A stretch of DNA of 64,000 nucleotides, from the IMG/VR virus record IMGVR_UViG_3300045988_161200. One strand, written 5' to 3'. Each line of letters begins with the position of its first letter. The stretch's first letter is position 1. This document shows positions 8,614 through 16,186 of this stretch, one piece after another. The DNA is from a virus. The translations under genes were made by a program, and so were the position numbers. Below the pieces are notes generated by a model. That model had not been told where the DNA came from. It made no database searches and saw nothing but the letters and a program-made list of their open reading frames with translations.

Positions 8614-9127
8614 CGTAGATAATCTGATATAATCAAAAGTAATTGGAAGACCCATATACCCCTTTTCCCCGTATTACTTACGGCAGTTTGACTACCTACA
8701 GAGGAGGGGATTTGTATAGAGGTTTTGATTGCGTTGCTGTCCATACTCGGCACAATCGTTATTCCAATAACGCTCGTAATTATCGTGAAAATGTGCCTGA
8801 ATGACAAGAAACATCGTTTCTCCATTCGTCTCGGAAAGAATGGATTCAAGGTCGATATTAGACCGATAGATTAACACCCAGAGCGTTAGTATGGGTGGCT
8901 CTCACGTTATGGGTAGTGGGAGCTTTTGCTTTTGATTATGTATCAGATTACCTACTATATCTATTATACTGCAATGCAGATAATAAATCAAGTCGATTTG
9001 TGCGATTTTTAAATCGTATATCACAATATCAATGTTCCATTTTCTTACTCCTTTCTAAAAATATTGCTTACTATTGCCAAAGGTATATATTATACACTTA
9101 CAACCTTTTATCAAGGAGGACACATAA

Positions 9128-9414
9128 ATGAAATACAGCAATGAATGTATGACTGATGTAATTCAGTGCATATTGGGCAATTTACATTTTAAGGACACTT
9201 CTCATAATGGTATATATATGATTTTATTCCTATTACCTTTGACGTAGTTTTTAAGAGCGAATCACTCAAAAACTACTCATCTGATGAAGTTAAGTTTTGC
9301 CTTTGTATTTTATATAACAAAGAATATATATCTACAAACGGTCAAAAAGGAAGCGATGATTGGGAAATCATCGGAATTACTTCTAAAGGATATGAAAACT
9401 TATTTAAGATATAA
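9128..9414 (+). pseudogene. frameshifted small gene
   Basis: AGGAGGA RBS and ATG at 9128. Frame 1 stops at 9245. A second frame, open from about 9226, continues to the TAA at 9412-9414 (IPITFDVVFKSESLKNYSSDEVKF...). Confidence 0.5.
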
Positions 9415-9416
9415 GT

Positions 9417-9638
9417 TTATCTTTTCTCATAGATCATATAGTTCATAACCTTATCCAAAACGTATTGCACTTCGGCAATAGTAAGACCATTTTTGTTTAT
9501 ACATTCAATGCATAAATCATACATTTCTGTATAGTCCTTATAGTCTTTTTCTTGTGTGTCAACATTCATCATGCGCAGATGAGGTTCTCTGGGTATAAAT
9601 TCAATGCTTTTTGTTTTAGATGTAAACATATTTTTCAA
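9417..9638 (-). CDS. hypothetical protein (first leftward gene of the switch)
   Basis: 73-aa ORF downstream of the leftward promoter at 9730-9758. Confidence 0.6.
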   Translation of the reverse strand: MKNMFTSKTKSIEFIPREPHLRMMNVDTQEKDYKDYTEMYDLCIECINKNGLTIAEVQYVLDKVMNYMIYEKR

Positions 9639-9655
9639 TTCCTTTCTCTAAATAC

Positions 9656-9684
9656 TTGACAAATTTCTCTAAATATGTTATTAT
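9656..9684 (+). promoter_or_regulatory. rightward promoter of the repressor gene
   Basis: TTGACA (9656-9661), 17-nt spacer, TATTAT (9679-9684) with upstream TG. Confidence 0.7.
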
Positions 9685-9729
9685 ATAATACTAAGAACTT
9701 ACTGTTATGTAATTTCTTGGTATGTATAT

Positions 9730-9758
9730 AGTATAACGCAATAAATTGCGTTTGTCAA
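9730..9758 (-). promoter_or_regulatory. leftward promoter, face-to-face with the promoter at 9656
   Basis: Reverse strand has TTGACA (9753-9758), a 17-nt spacer and TATACT (9730-9735). The spacer is exactly operator O1. Confidence 0.7.
9735..9752. promoter_or_regulatory. palindromic operator O1
   Basis: AACGCAAT-AA-ATTGCGTT, with perfect 8-bp arms. Confidence 0.7.
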
Positions 9759-9765
9759 TGCTTTT

Positions 9766-9783
9766 AACGCAATTTATTGCGTT
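9766..9783. promoter_or_regulatory. palindromic operator O2
   Basis: AACGCAAT-TT-ATTGCGTT, 31 bp centre-to-centre from O1. Confidence 0.7.
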
Positions 9784-9817
9784 TCTATGTTTACTACAAA
9801 ATTGTGAGGTGCTTTTT

Positions 9818-10540
9818 GTGGATTTTTATGAAAGATTAAAACAGGAGTGTAAAAAGAACAATACCACTGTAACTGCTTTACTTAAAGAGTTTAATATTAC
9901 CACAGGAAGAATGAGTAGCTGGAGCAAAGGTGGTAAACCAAATCCAAAAGAGGTCAAACTCTTTGCAGATAAACTAAACGTATCAACAGATTTTCTTATT
10001 ACAGGAGAAGAATATACTTTTGACAACAAAATTGTTCTTTCCGCAGACGAAAACAAAATTATTAAAGAATATCGTTATTTATCCGATAAATCTAAAACAG
10101 AAATTCGCAGCACCCTTAATCATTTATATGATATGGAGATGCAAATGGAAATTTCATCCGAATTAGCCGTTCCAACAATTTCTATTCCTCATTCTCTGTT
10201 TAAAGTTTCAGCTGGTGTAGGTGAATGGCTTCCGGAAGAATCTTGGAATACGATTCTTATTTTAGATACTCCGCAGGCTCGTAAGGCTGATTTTGCTTTG
10301 ACTATTGAAGGCGATTCTATGATGCCCGATTTTGAAAGCGGAGATATTGTACTTGTAAAAAAACAAGATGCTGTGGATATCGGACAAATTTGTATTTATA
10401 TTATTGAAGACAACGGATATATTAAGAAATTTGGTGGAGATAGACTCATTTCTTTAAATAAAAAATATGATGATATTCTTTTTTCCGATTACGATATTCA
10501 AGATATCCATTGCAAAGGCTTGGTTATTGGAAAAGTATAA
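9818..10540 (+). CDS. CI/LexA-like repressor (HTH plus S24 peptidase domain)
   Basis: N-terminal HTH (TVTALLKEFNITTGRMSSWSKG) and C-terminal ALTIEGDSMMPDF...IKKF Ser-Lys dyad. GTG start at 9818 lies 7 nt after GAGGTG. Confidence 0.85.
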   Translation: MDFYERLKQECKKNNTTVTALLKEFNITTGRMSSWSKGGKPNPKEVKLFADKLNVSTDFLITGEEYTFDNKIVLSADENKIIKEYRYLSDKSKTEIRSTLNHLYDMEMQMEISSELAVPTISIPHSLFKVSAGVGEWLPEESWNTILILDTPQARKADFALTIEGDSMMPDFESGDIVLVKKQDAVDIGQICIYIIEDNGYIKKFGGDRLISLNKKYDDILFSDYDIQDIHCKGLVIGKV

Positions 10541-10559
10541 ATAGAAAGGATTTGATTTT

Positions 10560-10721
10560 ATGAGAAAATATCCACCTCCGAGATATACTAAACCCATAGT
10601 TGATAATGCAGGTGCATCACTCATTCTTATGATAATAACAGTATGCTGTCCTCCTTTGGGACTAATTGCATACCTTATTGCAGGACTAATTGAGGAATTT
10701 TTTCTTTCTATGCGAAAATAA
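10560..10721 (+). CDS. small membrane protein
   Basis: 53-aa ORF (below the track cutoff), MRKYPPPRYTKPIVDNAGASLILMIITVCCPPLGLIAYLIAGL. AGAAAGGA RBS. Confidence 0.55.
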   Translation: MRKYPPPRYTKPIVDNAGASLILMIITVCCPPLGLIAYLIAGLIEEFFLSMRK

Positions 10722-10723
10722 AT

Positions 10724-10760
10724 AAAAAGAACGTCTGTACCATAGACGTTCTTTTTATTT
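10724..10760. terminator. bidirectional intrinsic terminator
   Basis: AAGAACGTCT-GTACCAT-AGACGTTCTT flanked by A and T runs. Confidence 0.75.
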
Positions 10761-10777
10761 ACACTGAGAAATTTTAC

Positions 10778-10806
10778 TTGACAAATCTAATTATATACTG
10801 TATAAT
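10778..10806 (+). promoter_or_regulatory. consensus sigma-A promoter (rightward arm of the convergent pair)
   Basis: TTGACA, 17-nt spacer, TATAAT. Seven nt later comes GTAGGGAATACGTTGG. Confidence 0.75.
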
Positions 10807-10813
10807 AATAAAT

Positions 10814-10829
10814 GTAGGGAATACGTTGG
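10814..10829 (+). repeat. left copy of 16-nt inverted repeat
   Basis: GTAGGGAATACGTTGG. The reverse complement of 11106-11121 differs at 1 nt. Confidence 0.85.
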
Positions 10830-10871
10830 ATAGACGATAGTTCCCGACAAATTAATGATTTTAAGTGTTAA

Positions 10872-10902
10872 TAATCCGCCTAAGTACCAGTTAGGCGGAT
10901 TA
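10872..10902. terminator. 12-bp central hairpin, possible shared terminator
   Basis: TAATCCGCCTAA-GTACCAG-TTAGGCGGATTA. A U-rich tract follows on the + strand. Confidence 0.5.
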
Positions 10903-10989
10903 CTTCTTTATACGACTAAAGATAAAATCAACCAGTGTAATAACACAGCTGACAATATTTATAATAGTATCAATAGAAATAACTTCCAC
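10900..10989 (-). CDS. candidate type I toxin-like hydrophobic peptide (29 aa)
   Basis: GTG-EVISIDTIINIVSCVITLVDFIFSRIKK-TAA. AAAGGAGA sits immediately upstream, but the spacing to GTG is too short. The stop codon lies inside the hairpin. Confidence 0.3.
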   Translation of the reverse strand: MEVISIDTIINIVSCVITLVDFIFSRIKK

Positions 10990-11105
10990 TCTCCTTTGCA
11001 GTTATTCCACAAAGGTTTGTGAATTTCGACCTACTTTCCAACCAATGTGGTGATGGTCGGGAGGTTTACCGCCTACTCTATACGTCCAAACTCTTCAAAA
11101 CAACG

Positions 11106-11121
11106 CCAATGTATTCCCTAC
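11106..11121 (-). repeat. right copy of 16-nt inverted repeat
   Basis: Reverse strand reads GTAGGGAATACATTGG, 7 nt downstream of the -10. Confidence 0.85.
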
Positions 11122-11128
11122 TGCTTGT

Positions 11129-11157
11129 ATTATACCATGCTTTTCCAAATATGTCAA
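11129..11157 (-). promoter_or_regulatory. consensus sigma-A promoter (leftward arm of the convergent pair)
   Basis: Reverse strand has TTGACA (11152-11157), a 17-nt spacer and TGGTATAAT (11129-11137). Confidence 0.75.
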
Positions 11158-11178
11158 TATATTTATTATTCCGACAAA

Positions 11179-11224
11179 TAAAAAAATAATCGTCACCTGA
11201 CTAAAGATGACGATTATTTTTTTA
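11179..11224. terminator. bidirectional intrinsic terminator
   Basis: ATAATCGTCA...TGACGATTAT stem flanked by A7 and T8 runs. Confidence 0.75.
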
Positions 11225-11232
11225 TATTGATG

Positions 11233-12246
11233 TTATTTTCCAAGAAATTCATTGATAGATTTTTCTATAATATTTCTTCTTGCTTTTATGCTTGTGGGGC
11301 TTGTAGTATGTTCCCTAACGAGAGAAGCATATTCTTCGGGCATATTACCAAAGAATTTTCCAACCCATTTTGCAAACTGATCGGGTGTGTCGAATTTTTC
11401 CAGATATGGTAAATATCCTATAAGATGAGTAGGTTTGAACATCAGTTTGATGATATCTGAATTTTCCTTCTCTATTGCCATAAGCTTATATGCTTCAAAT
11501 ATAAAATCATACGAAGATTTAAGCTGTTCCCTTTCGTCTGCATCAATGCTCAAAACCTTCATGACCTCATTGACGTGGGCTGGAGTGAGATTTGGTTCTT
11601 CCTCAAAGAGAGCTATCCACGATCTGATTATGATTTCCTGCTGTTTAAGGGCTTTTCTTTCCGTTGGGGTGAGCATTACATTAAACAGCTCGTGGCTGGT
11701 AAGCTCCTTGATATCTTCCATTCCCTGCTTATAGGAACGGGCGATATCGAACTTACTAACCGTTTTTCCGTTATTAAGTCTGCGGAAAATAAGGGATTCC
11801 TGCTCGGGTGTAGCATTTTCTATTATAGAAACGTTCAGAGTTGTATCAAGTATCCAGCTTTGGAGTTTGGGAGGAAGCTGCTTAAAACGCTTACCCTGAA
11901 GCTTAACGGGTTCTCCGTTGAGGTATATATCAGGCTCGTTTGTCAGTCCCGTGAGGGCAAAATCTCCGTCTATATAATGGATTATAGTTGTTCCTCTTTG
12001 CTTTCCGTCAAAGATTTTCAGGAGAGTATTTCCGTTGGGGAGTTCCCTTACACCTGCAATAAATGGAGACTGTGCATCGGTAATCTTCAGTAATATTGAA
12101 TGAATATAAAGGGATTTTCGGGTATTGCTCCACACCTCTCCACGCTGCATATCGTCCGTGAAGTCAACCTCGGGGACGTCTTCATAGTACATATTGTAAA
12201 GAGATTTAATGCTGATACCTTTTTGGTACATCTTAAATTTATCCAT
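11233..12246 (-). CDS. DUF262 (ParB-fold) protein, stand-alone cassette
   Basis: MQRGEVWSNTRKSLYIHSIL...KIFDGKQRGTTI (DGxQR motif). AGGAGGA lies 8 nt upstream of the ATG at 12246. Confidence 0.75.
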   Translation of the reverse strand: MDKFKMYQKGISIKSLYNMYYEDVPEVDFTDDMQRGEVWSNTRKSLYIHSILLKITDAQSPFIAGVRELPNGNTLLKIFDGKQRGTTIIHYIDGDFALTGLTNEPDIYLNGEPVKLQGKRFKQLPPKLQSWILDTTLNVSIIENATPEQESLIFRRLNNGKTVSKFDIARSYKQGMEDIKELTSHELFNVMLTPTERKALKQQEIIIRSWIALFEEEPNLTPAHVNEVMKVLSIDADEREQLKSSYDFIFEAYKLMAIEKENSDIIKLMFKPTHLIGYLPYLEKFDTPDQFAKWVGKFFGNMPEEYASLVREHTTSPTSIKARRNIIEKSINEFLGK

Positions 12247-12312
12247 AAAAAATCCTCCTGACAAAATTAAAAGTAATGATAGAACAAACATAATCATCAT
12301 TTCAATGATTTA

Positions 12313-12341
12313 ATAATATCATACTTTTTTTCATTTGTCAA
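12313..12341 (-). promoter_or_regulatory. sigma-A promoter of the DUF262 cassette
   Basis: Reverse strand has TTGACA (12336-12341), a 17-nt spacer and TGATATTAT. Confidence 0.65.
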
Positions 12342-12394
12342 GAGGATAGCTTTATCTTATTATTTACTTGCAAATTCATAGAACTTGCGTTTTA

Positions 12395-12577
12395 TTATAT
12401 CTTAGTTACTGAAATAATATTCTTTCCGCCCTTTCTTGAATATGTTGTTCTTGCAATAGTATTTATACTATATGCTCTTGCTTCTTTATCAGCTTGTTCA
12501 ATAAGTTCTTTATAACGTTTTTCTCCAATTTCATCCTTAACAAGCTGTTTGAACCATTCATAGATATTCATATTCAT
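12395..12577 (-). CDS. hypothetical protein
   Basis: 60-aa ORF in the leftward operon. Confidence 0.45.
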   Translation of the reverse strand: MNMNIYEWFKQLVKDEIGEKRYKELIEQADKEARAYSINTIARTTYSRKGGKNIISVTKI

Positions 12578-12644
12578 TTCAATATTATATTGAGATTTTA
12601 TATCTTTAAGCTCTTTTAACTGTTTAAGTTTTATATTTTTTGCT

Positions 12645-12839
12645 TCAATAGCACTTTTTTTCCCACTCCTTATTTCTTTTGCATTCTGGAAGCTTTTTAT
12701 TTTTTGAAATTTGATTATTTATTTCTTCAATGTCATGTCCTAATTGTTTTATTTTCTGAGAATAATAGTTTCCGCTATAACTCCACTCGTGATGGCAATT
12801 TGGACACGATATTTGATATACTCTATTTTCATTTGACAT
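12645..12839 (-). CDS. small zinc-ribbon protein
   Basis: CPNCHHEW motif. AAAGGTGGA lies 7 nt upstream of the ATG at 12839. Confidence 0.55.
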   Translation of the reverse strand: MSNENRVYQISCPNCHHEWSYSGNYYSQKIKQLGHDIEEINNQISKNKKLPECKRNKEWEKKCY

Positions 12840-12981
12840 AATAAAATCCACCTTTCATTAAATTATTCCAATTCCTCAATCATCTTCTTGACACGCTCAA
12901 TTTCTTCCGATTAAGTTTTTATAAAAATTTTTCCGATATATTTATTTTAAGCCCATATCTGACCTTCTCTAATTTCTTATC

Positions 12982-13248
12982 TCATTGAATATTACTCCTT
13001 TCATTTAATTTTGCCATCAATTTAGAATGTTTATCCCATTCAGAAGGACTAAAACATTTTACTGACGGAATCTCAACTATATGATCTTTATAACTGCCTG
13101 TGAACATATAACCGGTCTGTATTTTTTCTTTCTTTATGATCTGTATTTCTGATTCCATCGGAATAATAATAGTTTTACACGTGTTAATGTCTTTTACCTT
13201 TTGCTCAACTGATGTATGAATAATATCACCCTTTTTAACTGATTTCAT
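12982..13248 (-). CDS. hypothetical protein
   Basis: AAGAGGA lies 7 nt upstream of the ATG at 13248. Confidence 0.6.
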   Translation of the reverse strand: MKSVKKGDIIHTSVEQKVKDINTCKTIIIPMESEIQIIKKEKIQTGYMFTGSYKDHIVEIPSVKCFSPSEWDKHSKLMAKLNERSNIQ

Positions 13249-13281
13249 ATATAAATCCTCTTTTCTTATCAAACAGTAATT

Positions 13282-13515
13282 TTATTTAAGTAAGTAACTA
13301 TGTTTTTTAACAACTTCCTCAAATGGTTTATTATCTTCCGTTCGTCCGTCTTCATTGTCGTTAAATATAGGGTCAATCACAACTGAAAAGTTGATTCCCT
13401 TATAATTAACAATAAGTTTTCCAGTCGCACTATTACCCATTGCTACCTCAAACCCCTTGATATTGTTTAATACATCAAAAATTTTATGTGTTATATTAGA
13501 GTTTCTATTATCTAT
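13282..13515 (-). CDS. hypothetical protein with possible AUA/AUU start
   Basis: Open frame DNRNSNITHKIFDVLNNIKGFEVAMGNSATGKL.... GAAAGGAGAA is followed by ATT-ATT-ATA. The first ATG is not until 13440. Confidence 0.4.
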   Translation of the reverse strand: MDNRNSNITHKIFDVLNNIKGFEVAMGNSATGKLIVNYKGINFSVVIDPIFNDNEDGRTEDNKPFEEVVKKHSYLLK

Positions 13516-13528
13516 AATAATTCTCCTT

Positions 13529-13708
13529 TCAATTCATAGCCTTCTTAGTACGATAGTTCCAGTCCGTAAAACACTTATGTATTTCTTCCTTAATAACATC
13601 AGCAGTCAGGAACTTATAATCATTCCGTTCAATAATTCGCTAATATATTTCTGATTCAGATATTTCACAAACTGTTTCTTCCGCTTCATCTTGGTTCATG
13701 CAGTTCAT
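13529..13708 (-). pseudogene. small ORF interrupted by an in-frame TAG
   Basis: MNCMNQDEAEETVCEISESEIY-TAG-RIIERNDYKFLTADVIKEEIHKCFTDWNYRTKKAMN-TGA, with the TAG at 13640-13642. Confidence 0.4.
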
Positions 13709-13723
13709 AAAATCTTCCTACTT

Positions 13724-14284
13724 TTATTTCTGCCACCAATTTTCATAAGGAGTACCCTCCCAGTTGAGACCTTCAATTAACCTACTGGATATAGCTTTGA
13801 GTATCTCAGGATTATTATTTTCATTGATAAGGCGGTTCATATTAACAGTTTTTCTATCCTTGCGGTATTTAGCAATAAACGCAGCAACGTCCTCCATTGT
13901 AGTTTCTGATGTTTCAATCGCATACATATCAGGAAACCAAATATCTGAAAACCCAACCCAAGATGTATATTGTTTAGCATATTCTCCAGTCATCATAGGT
14001 ACTCTAATGCCATCATTAAATAAGATTTCTGAAATTTCATGCCCAGTTGGTGTCTTAAAGTCAGCCGTGATACTGAATGTGCTATCAAGAGTAAAAGAAT
14101 ACATATCATAACAGGGTTCTTCAAAGCCATAAGCTCCTTCAGTACGATAATCTGCCCCAATTACAGTTCTTGAACCACATCCTCCACATACAAGTAACAA
14201 TTCTTTGTTGTTATATATTGCATTTTCAATTTTATTTTTAGGGAAAACGTGAATCCTTCCACAACTACATACTCTTACTTCCAT
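13724..14284 (-). CDS. hypothetical protein with N-terminal zinc ribbon
   Basis: 186-aa ORF with CSCGRIH...CGGCGS. Confidence 0.65.
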   Translation of the reverse strand: MEVRVCSCGRIHVFPKNKIENAIYNNKELLLVCGGCGSRTVIGADYRTEGAYGFEEPCYDMYSFTLDSTFSITADFKTPTGHEISEILFNDGIRVPMMTGEYAKQYTSWVGFSDIWFPDMYAIETSETTMEDVAAFIAKYRKDRKTVNMNRLINENNNPEILKAISSRLIEGLNWEGTPYENWWQK

Positions 14285-14512
14285 AATAATATCCTCCTAT
14301 AATTCTGAAATTTGAATTTTATTAAGCAATTTTTCCGCTCTGAATAAGCCCCGCATTATTTATTCCTTCATATTATTTCCTACTTTGAATTTTCCAACTT
14401 TGACAGTCTTATTCAGACTGTCAAACGCTCAGAGTTTAATGGACTGTTTATAGCTACTCAGACAGCTTAATCAAATCGTGATTTTATCCATACACTACTA
14501 CATTTAATTATA

Positions 14513-14713
14513 TCATTTTGTAAAGTGATAATCAAGGCTTTTGCTGAATTTCATCGCCTCATAATTCAATCGATCCTGTCTCCTTCTGTCGTATTCTTCC
14601 GATAGACTGAATGTATTGTCATACCAGATGATCTCCGCAGCTTGTTGTGCTTCTCCTCTATTTCCACTGAATAATCCAGTGAGAATAGTTGAAAATTCCG
14701 ATGTGTTGATCAT
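14513..14713 (-). CDS. hypothetical protein
   Basis: 66-aa ORF abutting the upstream gene. Confidence 0.5.
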   Translation of the reverse strand: MINTSEFSTILTGLFSGNRGEAQQAAEIIWYDNTFSLSEEYDRRRQDRLNYEAMKFSKSLDYHFTK

Positions 14714-14714
14714 A

Positions 14715-14984
14715 TCAAGCCACCTTTCCCCTTTCTATAGCACTAAACATTACCCTACAAGGAATTTCATTTTCAGTATAATATATTATATCGTCAATAT
14801 CTTCCACATCTTCCACGGTGTCATCAAGATTCAATGCTTCCTTGTAATTATCAATAGCCATTGAAATGGCTTCTTCCGCAGTGTCTGCCTCCACTTCAGG
14901 GTAGGCATCGGAATCCCAGATATTACAATCCGGTTCATTGTAAAAATTCTTGTTAACCTTTATTTCAACAGTGTAATTTTTCAT
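14715..14984 (-). CDS. hypothetical protein
   Basis: GGAGGAA lies 6 nt upstream of the ATG at 14984. Confidence 0.6.
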   Translation of the reverse strand: MKNYTVEIKVNKNFYNEPDCNIWDSDAYPEVEADTAEEAISMAIDNYKEALNLDDTVEDVEDIDDIIYYTENEIPCRVMFSAIERGKVA

Positions 14985-15003
14985 GATAATTTCCTCCATT
15001 TGT

Positions 15004-15186
15004 TTATTCGCTCATAGCTTGACTTAACAGGCTAAAAGCATTGTACGGATTTTCCAATGGATCAGCATCAAGTTTATTATGTATATTGACCTCGAAAAAA
15101 CTTCCGAGGATATACAATAATATTACAGTGCTTACAAGGTTTATAATATTTATATTCCGTTTTGTTGTTCTTACTTTTGTTCTCAT
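15004..15186 (-). CDS. small membrane protein
   Basis: 60 aa, with the transmembrane segment INLVSTVILLYILGSFF. Confidence 0.5.
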   Translation of the reverse strand: MRTKVRTTKRNINIINLVSTVILLYILGSFFEVNIHNKLDADPLENPYNAFSLLSQAMSE

Positions 15187-15321
15187 TTTATTTTTTCCTC
15201 CGTGTTATTTTTTGATCTGAAGCCATATATCTTCACATACGCCTGCGAAAAAATAGAGCATTAAAACTATTATGAACATTGAATTTTTCCTCCTTTTATC
15301 AAAGTCATCAAAGTATTGTTT

Positions 15322-15663
15322 TTATTCCTCTTCAAAGTCAATATACTGCTCAATATCTGACTTTTCGGTAATTTCTGTAGGAGTTTCCAACGCCCATATA
15401 TAACTAATCTGATAACGCTTATTATCATAATCAAGATAATAATTATCGTATATGTCAAGCCTGCAACCGTCACGGATTCCAGATATATTATTGATAACGT
15501 CCTCTGTTGTATCCTCTGCAATTCCGTGATCGTTTAACCATTCCGAAAAATAGTAGCATATTCCAGCGGCAAAAACACTGTTTAATCTATACTTGTTTTC
15601 GTTCTCAGAATAGATAGATGGAATAACGTTGAATTTTTCTCCGTATGAGTTTTTAATAGTCAT
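15322..15663 (-). CDS. hypothetical protein
   Basis: GGAGG lies upstream of the ATG at 15663 (MTIKNSYGEKF). Confidence 0.6.
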   Translation of the reverse strand: MTIKNSYGEKFNVIPSIYSENENKYRLNSVFAAGICYYFSEWLNDHGIAEDTTEDVINNISGIRDGCRLDIYDNYYLDYDNKRYQISYIWALETPTEITEKSDIEQYIDFEEE

Positions 15664-15747
15664 AATGTTATAACCTCCATAATATGTATTATTCCGCTTG
15701 TGTGATTGCGATGATGTATGATTATTTTGCAATTCAATTCAAACATT

Positions 15748-16026
15748 TTATTGCTGCTTATCCTTCTCAATAGAAACCACTCCGCAGGGCGTATCGCCGT
15801 CTATACAACTTTCTCCTTCAAAATGCCTCACGCAGTCTTTTAATATGCAGACCCTTTGAAAAGTATCTACACTATCAAGGTTAATCTTTTTTCCGTCAAA
15901 GTCTGTTAGTGTACGATGGTCAACGAATTTTTCATCTCCATACAATGTAAAAATTACCTTGAAATCATGGCAAGATTCCGTTTTAAAGTATTTTCTCTCA
16001 TCTATGGTATAAGTTACTTTTCGCAT
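15748..16026 (-). CDS. hypothetical protein
   Basis: 92-aa ORF in the leftward operon. Confidence 0.6.
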   Translation of the reverse strand: MRKVTYTIDERKYFKTESCHDFKVIFTLYGDEKFVDHRTLTDFDGKKINLDSVDTFQRVCILKDCVRHFEGESCIDGDTPCGVVSIEKDKQQ

Positions 16027-16186
16027 GGTTTATTGTCCTCCTGTTTAATTTTCCGTTAGTGTTCGTGGCGTTTGGTTCTTCCTCATATCCTCATGCAGAT
16101 AATCGGGAGATGTGCAGCGGAAGCAGTTTATTTCTTCCGCTGGTGTGATATTATGCATATGTTTTGCCATTTGTGCCTGTTTTATA

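Noticed and set aside
10853-11032. 59-codon plus-strand ORF (MILSVNNPPKYQLGGLLLYTTKDK...) in the convergent module
   Set aside because: It has no RBS and runs straight through the 12-bp hairpin. It is less plausible than an RNA function or the short minus-strand peptide.
10814-11121. Retron msr-msd flanked by a1/a2 inverted repeats
   Set aside because: The promoter-proximal inverted repeat is reminiscent of a retron, but no reverse transcriptase gene lies nearby. The right repeat also sits behind its own consensus promoter, which fits convergent transcription better.
13640-13642. Genome-wide stop-codon reassignment (amber or ochre recoding, as in some gut phages)
   Set aside because: Only two in-frame stops were seen (TAG at 13640 and TAA at 57496). 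TAG, TAA and TGA all terminate well-delimited genes elsewhere, and long late genes are uninterrupted.
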